This document shows, in pieces, positions 52,101-62,689 of a stretch of 64,000 bases of DNA. This DNA comes from Pseudogymnoascus verrucosus. Lineage: Eukaryota. The translations under genes were made by a program, and so were the position numbers. Each line of letters starts with the position of its first letter. Position 1 is the stretch's first letter. Where the stretch lies: the NCBI GenBank assembly GCA_001662655.1, contig KV460228.1. One strand, 5' to 3'. The notes beneath the pieces were generated by a model that made no database searches, was not told where the DNA came from, and worked only from the letters and a program-made list of their open reading frames with translations.

Positions 52101-54092
52101 ATGGCTTCCGAGGCAGCCTCTGTGGCGGGCTCTGGGGCGGGCTCTGGACCTTCTCGCCGGCTTCCTAGATCTAAAGTTGGCTGTCTCACATGTCGGTATG
52201 TACCAATTGATGCCCTCACAATAGTTATACTAAGCAATAGCTAGTCGTCGGAGAGTGAGATGTAATGAGCAAAAGCCTCGATGCTCACACTGCGAGCGGC
52301 TGAATCTAGAATGTCTCTGGAGACCAATTGCGCCACTCTCAGCTAACCAGCGGCAACATACACCACAAACTGCCACAGACCAAAGGACTTTGCCCTACTC
52401 CGATGTTGGACAATCTACTGAAACTCCGAACGCCTTTGTTCGGAATAATAATAACTTCGCTACAGTCAATAGTGATTTTAACGATACTTTCAGCTATGCT
52501 AACTTCATGTGGGATCACGAGCTGCAGAGGAGCATGGTCCAGGACAGTTGGAATGACTGGGGCATTTCGAGTGCAAGCGGTGTTACAGAAGGCATCATGG
52601 CTGTATGTATTAAACCTTGGAAAGATTGCCCAATCTATACGATATTAACATGCTTTAGGAGGCATCAAGGCCGATGGAACAGTCATCCACCTTCTCAAAT
52701 CGTCCCAACTTCAATCACGAGAGGATTATCCCTGATATAGGCCCTGCGCGTGCTGAAACAAATCTAGTCATGGCATGGAATGACTCAGGAGGCGATGAAG
52801 ACACTTCTGAGGAGGATATCTTGAAGGATTATTTCGCCCAAACAGTCGTCCCGCCAATTATTGCGCAAGTGGAGACCCAGTCGAAGTGGTCATCCACGCG
52901 TCAAATACTTATCACTATGTCAACGAACTCTAGCATGGTCCACAATGCAATCTTGGCCTTCTCAGACCTTCTCATGAAGAGAACTCAAACCGCCCACAAT
53001 TTAAGTCGCCATCGGTATTACAAACGTGCTAAAGCTGAACTATTAAGGGCACGTAAAGAGCAGTTGCTTGGGAAGGATGCTGCATCGCCAGCTTCGTTTG
53101 ATGAGATGCTTGCAGTCCTGTTCTTTCTTAGCTATATTGATCTGCTGGAGAGCAGAGTAGCCAATGCCCACGATAATCTTAAAGAAGCCTATAGTATCTT
53201 CCAGCAGATTGGCAATGTTCAGTCTCGAACGGTCACTAGGCGCCTCATTTCTTGGATACGTCTCCTAGATGCAAGGGCCGCTACTACTGGTGGCGAGGGG
53301 CTTTTTCTCGCAGAAGATAACGATGTCCTTACACAGCCTTCACCCTCATTCACCGACGGTCTAGAAGCAGGAAGCAACAGCAGTAATCACGAAGCTCTGG
53401 GTGAGACTGACATCGAGGATGTTCTTTTTGAATCCCTCTATCAACCTGGCTTTGTCTTCTTCCAAAAAATACAATCTTTCATGGGTCGTATTTCAAATAT
53501 CGACCCTTGGCATCGTTCAAGAGGGACCGTAGCAGATGAGACAGAGGTGATGAGAGTTGCTGATAAGATTTCCCATGACCTTGGGACGCTATGGGAAGCT
53601 CGCCCACCACTTATGGACTATACGTTAACAGGACAACTGGCTGCACCACACGTCTCAGCAAGCTTGGCCTACACCTTGACACGAACATTTCGGACATTCT
53701 TTGCTAACTACCATGCGTCTCATATTCACCTCCACCGTGTGGCATATAAACACCTTCCGCTATCTCCACAAACATTAAAATCCATCGCCAATATTCGAAA
53801 TACAGCGCATGACATGGTCCAGCTACAACCTGTAGCACAGGATCCTTCCCGGGATATGCTTCCTGTTAATATGCTATGGCCTTTGCTCATGTGGGGCTGC
53901 GAAGAAGACGACCCGGAGGAGAGATTATGGATTACAACGCAAATAAAAACGATGGAGACGGTGGCCACGAATGCGAATATCACAGCTCAGGTGCTTAATG
54001 AGGTACAGGCGAGGCAAGACGCACAGAGGCAGAGGATCGATGTGCGAACTGTCATGCACGAGATATTCGATTCGTGCTTTGCTATTGTTTAA
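52101..54092 (+). CDS. Zn2Cys6 transcription factor with Fungal_trans_2-type C-terminal domain
   Basis: RSKVGCLTCR|RRRVRCNEQKPRCSHCERLNLEC across intron ~52196-52244; second intron ~52604-52638; C-terminal MLWPLLMWGCE. Confidence 0.9.
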
Positions 54093-54221
54093 ATAGCTTG
54101 TGTGTTTTACGATGACACAATACCAGAAGTATTAGAAATGGAAGAGACACCAGTACAACACACCTGTACAACTAGCAGTGTTGTTTGTACTTTATCAAGC
54201 TCTATATTTCCAGTACAACTC

Positions 54222-55196
54222 TCATATGGGGCCAACTTCATCTGCCCAAGGGATTGCCACCTGCGCCCCTCTCTTGCCAACTGTTTTTGCAGCGGCGGCA
54301 TTTGCCTTTCGCACTGCAACATCGATGTCGAAATCCACCTTCACTGCCTCCAGCGCATACGCTCCAACAAACGTATCTCCCGCCGCAGTCGTGTCCACGA
54401 CCTCGACTTTCTTTGCTTTGACAAATCCGGAGAGGCCTGCGTCCTGGGAGTAGAATACCCCTTGGCTTCCTAGCGTGATCACTACGTTGTGTACGCCTCT
54501 GGAGTGAAAAACTCGTGCAGCTATCGGCAAAAGACTATCGTTTTTGATCTGCTCAACGCTGTAACCTGATAAGATTGATGCCTCTGTCTCATTCAGGATC
54601 AAGTGCCGTAAATTGGCGTATGCCTCTGCTGGAAGCTCGATTGCGGGGGCGGGGTTGAGTAGGATCTCAATGCCTGCTTCACGTGCTGCCTTCAGGATCT
54701 GCAGTGTTGTCTGAAGCGGTATCTCGAGTTGGAGAATTAATAGCGATGGTTTTGGATTGGGGATCGTGACAAATAGTGATGGTGAGAGAGAGTAGTTTGC
54801 TCCACCGTTAAGAAGAATTCGATTCTCGCCTGTTGATTCTTCGACAAGAATAATTGCCACTCCCGTTTCAATTTCGGTTTGTATCGTGATGCCGGATATA
54901 TCGACGCCGCTAGCGCGCAGGTTGTTTAGTAGAAGCTGCCCATGCTGGTCGTTTCCTACTGCGCCAATCATGCGGATGTCTGCTGAGCCATTGTTTACAT
55001 CATTCCTTGTTCTCGACAGCTTTGCACATGCCGCTGCTTGGTTACCGCCCTTTCCTCCTGCGCCAGTCTTGACTGATCTGGCATGAAGTGTTTCGCCGCC
55101 GCTAGGTATCCTCGAAGTATAGGTTGTTATGTCTGCATTAAGAGAGCCAATGATAGTGATGAGTCTAAGGGGAAGAAGAGATTCATGGCTCGCCAT
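54222..55196 (-). CDS. RBK1: Ribokinase (PfkB family)
   Basis: IIGSLNAD, GGKGGNQA, LQLEIP, LNPAPA, LNETEA, ITLGSQG and DTTAAGDTF; intronless, 324 aa. Confidence 0.9.
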   Translation of the reverse strand: MASHESLLPLRLITIIGSLNADITTYTSRIPSGGETLHARSVKTGAGGKGGNQAAACAKLSRTRNDVNNGSADIRMIGAVGNDQHGQLLLNNLRASGVDISGITIQTEIETGVAIILVEESTGENRILLNGGANYSLSPSLFVTIPNPKPSLLILQLEIPLQTTLQILKAAREAGIEILLNPAPAIELPAEAYANLRHLILNETEASILSGYSVEQIKNDSLLPIAARVFHSRGVHNVVITLGSQGVFYSQDAGLSGFVKAKKVEVVDTTAAGDTFVGAYALEAVKVDFDIDVAVRKANAAAAKTVGKRGAQVAIPWADEVGPI

Positions 55197-55531
55197 GTTT
55201 TTATAGTGTAACAGAGAGCAAATACCAATTGCTCTGTAAAGTTGATTATAGAAATGTGCAACAGTGGCTCAAATCGGTGTCAGATAAATGTCTCACTGAA
55301 AGGAATATTTAAAATAATTAAGTTATTAAATATAAATGGCGACGTACGCTGTTATGCTTATTACGAGTGTCACTTGCATGTTTGCAACTAGTATAAATAG
55401 TAAAGCAAAATAGTCTTTAGCATTGGTAATATTTCTGGCACCTCGGAGCCTGGCTCGCCACCCTTCAGACAGTGAGGCTTCTGTAGTCACACTTGCAAAA
55501 CTCGCCGCTCTGCCGGTGCAACTAGTTTAAT

Positions 55532-55647
55532 CGACGCGATGAGGCGACGACAGGTGCTCCCTAGTAAACTATTGGATGTCGAAACCATAGTGAAAGGAAA
55601 GTGGGGGAAGTAAGGTCAAGTGTTAAAATAACCGACGCGAGGCGATG
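55532..55647 (-). promoter_or_regulatory. Two (TCGCS)n-type elements upstream of ribokinase
   Basis: Minus strand CATCGCCTCGCGTCG (55633-55647) and TCGTCGCCTCATCGCGTCG (55532-55550). Confidence 0.55.
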
Positions 55648-56043
55648 GCAGCTAATTCGTCGCTTGGGTTCCGGCTTCACTTGGCGAAGCTCTTGTGCGG
55701 CGAACTCAAGCAGTAGTAGTCCAATCAGAAGCACCGAAAGTATTGTATTACTTACTGATATATTTGTTACTGCTCGCTGAGTTCTCCTGAGAAAGTCTAG
55801 ACTGTAGACTAAGTTTGTATATTGGAGGAACGCATGCTTCGTATTCGCCGCCGCACTGTACCACAATTATTTATATTCATGGCATGCTTCTAATGGCAAG
55901 AGACTGCAGTGGCATATACATGGAAAGAGACCATTTGAGTTCAGTGAATACGAAAACCCACTGTTCGTATTATGATATGGTATTATAGGCGCACGAGTAT
56001 AGGCGCGGACATTCTCCAAGATATCTACCAGAAAAGACAGATC

Positions 56044-59000
56044 CTAACTGGAAGCACCTTGCTGGCACCATTCTATGAGTGCGGTTAGAGTCCCGACCGC
56101 CCTCCGACTATCCCCCCACCTTTTCAACTCCATCAACAACTTACGCCCCTCGATTAGTACGCGCATTGGTCCCCGCGCGCCACACAGATTCCCCACCCCC
56201 GTAACAACTGCACGCATTCCCCCACCCTTCTTCACAAACAGCTGAACCAACTCATCATCTGCCGGCCGATCCAACCGCATTAACGTTGGAAACAATGCGT
56301 CCACGTCGTCCTCGTCCTCGGGCGACTCCCCGTCTTTCAACGCTGGTGTATAAGTCGCAAATGTCCCATACGCCCACATCGCGAGAGTAGCGAGGAACAC
56401 CCCGGCCGGCTCGTAGAACGCGTCGGCTGAGTAGCGGCGTACATGCCAAAATAGCACCCCTGCATGGATCATGGCCAGGCGCGCTTTATACTGGTCCTCC
56501 TGCGCCCAGCGGCGGACGTAGTCCTGCATGCTAGCCAACTCAGCATCGGATGCTGGTATAGCTTCTCCGGCGCGGAAGCTAGCCAGACCCACAATGTGAC
56601 TCAATGGCGTGAGGAGGACGACGCGGGCGAGGTGGAGATGTAGGACCGTGGGGTGTTCCATCCCAGAAGCGACACCAATGACGCTGTTAGCATGCCAGTG
56701 TAGGATGTCGAGGACGTCGCAGGCCGAGTTGCGCCATTTGGCATATGTCGAAATACCAGGGAGCCAGACAGGCATAGACTTTTCTATAATGCTTATACTC
56801 TGCTTTTCTGCTTTCGGGCTCCAGAGAGTGAGGGGCTGCTGGAAGAAGGCTGCTACTTCATGGGTTCGCCGGAAGAGGGCATGAATGCAGAGGATACGGC
56901 TGAATTCGCCCATAGACGATTGGAGATGCTTCTCCACGTATGCGAGTTGGATGGCGGCATGTAGTGAGGGGTTTGCTAAGGCTTCGTAAGCATTCTAGCC
57001 TAGAGTTGACCTCGGGAGGTAGGCTTCTTACGTGTAGAGGCTCCGTAGAGCTGCTGCCAGTCAAGTGCGGACTCGGCCTCCCAAAGGACTTCCTGACACG
57101 GTAGGGGAACTCTGGCATCTTCCAAGGTCAGGACTGAGCGTGCTCTAAAGTGAAAGCTCGACATGCAGTCTAACATCTACAAAATCGCTTGTTAGTTGGC
57201 CCGCTAAGCTTGCCACGTAAACGTACCCATACGCAGTATCCAGTCCGGCGACGACTTTCTTCCTTGTACCAAATTTTCCAGCCATTGCTTGCCGTGGCTA
57301 AATTTCCAGACAGATCAGAGCCGGTTGGCGACGTTGATGAAGCCCATTCGCTGCAGCAGAAATAATTAAAATCGCTTTGGTATGCACTAACAAATCTCTT
57401 CAGACGTGTGTCACCACCATACGAGATCCCAATAATGTTAAGTAGCTTAGCTTGTATTAAAACTAGCCCGTCAGGTCTTGCACCATCGTCGGCTTCAATC
57501 TGTTCACAAGAATGGTCAGGGCTTCACTTAATCGATGGAGTGGCTAGCAATTGGAGCTTACAACAGTCTGGATTGCACGACGTGTAAATTCATGCATGGC
57601 AACGATGAAAATACCATTGTCTTCGGATTCCATGTAATGGCTTCCGATTGAGGCCAAAGACAATACTAGCAGCCAGTGCATTGTCGATAAATCGAGCGTG
57701 GGATGGTGTAAAAAAGGGAGAATTGGTTGGAAATTATCCAAATAAAGGAAAACCAGTTGGCTGAAAATTCTAATAGGGGGAAACGTTTCTCTTGCAAACG
57801 GTGAGTAATGTGTACTTATAATACACGTCTGTTTGAATACTCGAAGAATCTCATTATATGTTGTGTGCGGGAGCTCTTTGATGTTGGGGGTGGAGTTCTC
57901 GAGACGTTCGCTAACCTCTGGGAAGATGAATCCGTCACCATGCATTGCATTCTCATGGTGGTGTGTAGGTGTAAATGACTCGGTCCTATATGGTGCCTTA
58001 CGGACTCGAGGTAGCCGCGCACCGTCTCCATCAATATAGAAGTGGCCAGCAGACGGTGTGCTTTGTGACCTTTCGGCGCCTTGATTCCCTATCGGAGATG
58101 GGTAACTGTGAGGGGAACTCCGTTCTTGGGGTGATGACATGTGTAATGCTGCGTTCTCATATGTCATAGCACAACTCACAGCGCCAATTCCAGGTGCATT
58201 CCCGAGAAGATGAGAAGGCCTCTGATCAAATGGTTCGATGCCCGCGTCTCTGTCCTCCATAGGGAAGTCTGGTGTCCAAGCATCTGACAGCCAGTTTATG
58301 GACGAGAAACCATTTTGATACCACGGCTCCGTGGCTTGGGTAGGTCCGTGGTAATCATTCTGTGTATTTGGAGGCTGGGAGACTGCCGTATTTTGAAAGC
58401 TAGGACTGCTAGGCAGTGGGGGGTTATTAGAGCTGAAAATTGTCTGATTTTCAGAAATTAGAGATGAGATGTTCATTGGCGACTGAGACTCTGCAACATG
58501 GAGTTGGGCTCGCAATGGAGATATTGGATTATCAAATAAGTGGCCATTCTGCGCAGAGTGGCCGTTGTACCTGATTTCAGCACCACTCTTAGGGTTCAAA
58601 GTATGCTCACCTACACCAGCTTGGTCACCAACGACTGGGCGGTAACCAATGTCAAGGCCCTTGGAGGCAACCGGCGACTGAGAGGCATTGGACCAGGACA
58701 TGATCGATCCATGGGGACTCGCTACCATATGCTCGGCGCTCGAGCCATTCGACGCTTCCTCAGGAGTTGAGGTCAGATTCTCCGGCCGGCTCTTGCCCGC
58801 CGCGGGATACTGGCACTCGAGGGAGCGCCTCTCGCAGGTTGAGCACGGGGTCTGGCCGCTGCACTTTGTCCGTGACGCGGCGCAGGAAAGGCATGCTCGA
58901 GCCCCCCTTCCAAGCGCGCTACGCTTGGGCTCGGAGTGAACCTTCTCATGGCGCTTCAGGGCGTCGCTGCGGCTAGCTGTTAGACCGATAATATCACGTG

Positions 59001-59230
59001 CTTCGATGAAACAGAACTGAAGCTGACCCAACTTACAGTCTGTAGAAGCCCTTGCGACAGTAGCTGCATTGCAGGTATCGCTCAGTCTTGTGACTACGCG
59101 CGTGGCGAGTGAGATGCTCGACGCGTCGGAATGCATAGTGGCACTCGAGGCACTTGAAGGGCCGCTCTAGGTGGCTCCTCTGCGCCGCATCGAGAGCGTT
59201 TATGCTGAGTCTAGCGCTCTGATCTATCAT
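56044..59230 (-). CDS. Hybrid transcription factor: two C2H2 fingers + Zn2Cys6 cluster + Fungal_trans domain
   Basis: FKCLECHYAFRRVEHLTRHARSH, CSYCRKGFYRL|DALKRHEKVH, ACLSCAASRTKCSGQTPCSTC..C, FQPILPFLHHPT and LPCQEVLWEA; four introns. Confidence 0.9.
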
Positions 59231-59878
59231 GGATAGACCAGTTAGTAATGGAGTAGGAGTTCAGAGGCGGGCCTCCAGAGCTTGCTTACCCATGTCCGGC
59301 ACGGTCTACCAGTCACAATCACCAATTATAAGGGCGATTGGTAGTCGTTTAGTCGTTTAGGTAGGGGTTGGAGATAGAGTCTTCGGGTTCCTGTGGGGGA
59401 AGGGACCAGCATATACTGTCTCGTTCTGCCTCTGTCTCACGTGCCAGGTAGAGTTGACAGGGTTGACATCAAAACGGCACTCGAACGGTATTGTTAGAGT
59501 TCTGTAATGGTGTATTAGGGGAAATGCGCGCACACATTGCATGTAACCGGGGTAGATTTGGTGGTGCTCGAGTACCGCCCAGGCCCCGGATCTGCCGCTC
59601 AAGCTGTTGTTGCCCTGAATGGCACCCCCATGCTTGGTAGGTAACCCCACCGGAGTTACCCCGCATTCTAACATCTACAGTTGTGTAAGCGGGTCCCCCG
59701 ACGACCCCACATCGGACGGACCCTGCTTTCCTTTCCGGCCGGATAAGAGCTTCTACGAATATCGTGACGATAACGATTCTGTCGTCAGTCACGCGTCACG
59801 GTACATCGACAAATTTGAGTTTTAACAACCGCAAGCAAGTCTATTCTATGTTCAGAGTGTACTGTACTATTCTAGCTA

Positions 59879-62046
59879 CTATGACAACCTCCTCATTCCT
59901 ACTCGCATATGGCCCTTTCCGCCACGATTGTCCCTCAGCGCGTAAGGAACAAAGTTTAGCTTGTCGACCTTTACATCACTCTCCTGTGTGGTAGATCCAC
60001 GAGGCAATTGCGGGGCGAGACTTGCATCAACGCTGAGGAAAGACGCACAGTTCTGCCCGGTCAATGCGACATATGGCTCTCCCGTCCCTGGAATTGACGC
60101 TTCAGTCTCAGAAATAGCCGCCGCAGGATCAAGAACAAGGCTCTTAAAATGGTCATTCACCCATGGGTTATCGACGTCTTCAAGACAGTAAACCAGAGGC
60201 CCTCTCGCCAGCGCTATGATGTCCTGATTCGTGTACGGATGCGGAGACACAAATCTCGACTTCAAAGGAATGTTGAGTGTGAAGTTCGGATTATCCCTGA
60301 GCCAATCCGCAGGAAGCATTAAGTATCCCTTCACAACTTGAGGGCTAGGTAAGTCTGGTGATATCTGGAAACGGATTAGCATTGCTCGGTATCTGTTCTC
60401 GGAGACGCACCGTCCACTCAGTTGCCCAACCGGGAATTCGGAGGTTGATTGTCGTCGGCACATCGGATGCATTCCTAACAGCAAATTCCATCTTCCCTTC
60501 CCACGGCCAGTTTGACACCTGCTCGATTTCGACTGTGGCGCCCCCAACATCGACAGATAGCGTTGCCGAGGAGTACATGTGGACGTTCACGGATAAACTT
60601 CTATCGTCCACTTTCGAGGTCCACAGATATCCGCCAACGTACCCAAACAATCGAGTGACATTAGGGGGACAACAAGCGCAAGTGAACCACTCAGCTCGCT
60701 GTGACAAGTCAGTATCAGTCGATGCGAGCTGGTTGACATATGTGAATCGCTTCCCGTCAGCAGACATTCCTGTCATAACGGCATTGTAAAAGCACAGCTC
60801 CATGATATCGGCGACTTTCCCGTCCAAATCGAGCTTCACAAAAGTTAGTCGTCCGTGACAATCGTCAGTAATATGAAACCCACCTGAAGTAATCTCTCCG
60901 CGAGCATCATGACTCCAATTCCTGCACAGGTTTCGGCATAGCATCCGCCTTCATCGGTTCCGGATGGGAGGAAGTAATCGATTCCGAAACCCTCCCACTG
61001 CTTATGTGCTCCAACCCCCCCCGTCAAATACATCTTCTTATCTACCATATTCGACCACAGTCGCTCCAGAGCGTCTCGCTTAGGCTTGTTGTCTTTCGAA
61101 CCGTCGAGCCGGACGAGATCGGCCACAGCCGTGAGCAAATACATCGCCCGCACGCTGTGCCCTTCAATGGTAGGCTGATCGATGATAGGTTCATGTGCTT
61201 GATAGTACTGGTACGGCCTCTCGGCAGGCCAATACACCATCATGTCATGTGGGCTCTCTCCTCTCTCCTCGGCTTCGACATCAAAATAGTGCCGTCCACC
61301 CTGTCCAGTTGGGTTCCCACGCTCTTCGATGAAATAACGAGCGAGATCTAGATGTCGAGAATCCCGTGTATGTTCGAATAAGCGGAGAAGTGCCAGTTCG
61401 ATTTCTGGGTGTCCAGGGTAACCATGCCTATGCTCCGGGCCTGGACCAAAGGTTTTGTGTAGCAAATCGACATACTTGAGGATTGGCTCCATGAGATCGT
61501 CGGTACCATAGTGCTTGTTATGCGCAAGCGCAGCTTCGATGAGATGACCAGCGTTGTACCTGCCCGCAACCATGTCAGTAACCGTACTTACTAATTTCGC
61601 AATATCTTCAAGGGTGGGGACAAGGCATCTTACAATTCATGAAAATCTCGCAAGCACACAAAACGCTTCTCAGGAGCCACGACAGTGAAGTGGATGTTGA
61701 GGTACCCATCCGGCTGTTGTGCTGCGCGGATCATGTCAACCAGCTCCTTCACAGCGCCATCGATAGTCTCGTTGTGTTTCCAGAGCAGAAAGTAGCAGGC
61801 GCCCTCAATCCACTTCGCAACGTCGGAGTCCCAGAACAGATGATTTGGGACTGGCCACACGTTTGGTTTATCGTTGTAGGAAGGGTCCCATTGCAACTTG
61901 AAGGCATCGTAGCGGCCTGTCGACTTGAGGACGTCAAGTTGGTAGAGTAGGGTGCTTTGGTAAACTATTTCGCGCCGGCGGCTGATGAAAGATGGCTTGG
62001 GAAAGGTAGTATTCGAAAAGGCCGTCTGTGGGTGTGCGTGTGCCAT
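59879..62046 (-). CDS. GH127 glycosidase (beta-L-arabinofuranosidase family), no signal peptide
   Basis: FWDSDVAKWIEGACY, HEL|YNAGH, GHPEIELAL, GHSVRAMY, YAETCA and WFTCACCPPN (Zn/Cys-nucleophile site), RGPLVYC, PYALRDNRG; three introns. Confidence 0.92.
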
Positions 62047-62269
62047 GATTGAGATGGAGGAAGGTAGCCCTGTCTATCTTGATATAAAATTATGTATGAG
62101 AGAAGAATATATAAACTCAGGCAGAATATAGTAGCGCCTCTACAGTAGCTTATGCTGATTATTTATGAGCCAATGACAGATGCTTGATAGAAAAAACGTG
62201 CCAGCCTTGATGTTTTATACATGCTCCACTGTTCGGTGGACGGTGGGTGATGGATAGAGCTGTCTCCAT

Positions 62270-62445
62270 GTAATAAAACCCCAACTTCGACCCCTCGCAA
62301 TGTCAACCCTCACCCCACCCCACCGGAGCACCAATTGAGCGGAACCCCGCACCCCGAACGCCAAGCTCTACACTAATAGTCTAGCTTCCAGTGTAGCTTA
62401 CCCCACAAAACGTCAACCCCACGAAATTCCACCTCACCCCACGAA
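62270..62445. promoter_or_regulatory. Dense ACCCCR (CreA/C2H2-type) motif cluster in the GH127/permease divergent promoter
   Basis: About 8 ACCCC(A/G) copies, several matching SYGGRG on the minus strand; includes ACCCCACCGGAG at 62317-62328. Confidence 0.55.
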
Positions 62446-62689
62446 CTCCGAGCCGCCTTGGCCCTGCCCATGGCTCGGATACCAAACTGCTTCGTTGCGG
62501 GTTTAGCTGTATAGCTGATCCAACATCTGTTAATAGCTTATCCTCCACGAGGTCTATGCGGGGTACGCATGAGTATATGATCACCTCGATGGAACCAAAT
62601 TAAAAGCTATTCGATACCATACCAAATATCTCCTCAGGTTCCTTATATCACCTCAGCTTTGACAATCAACTTATGCTACGCAAGTCGCC

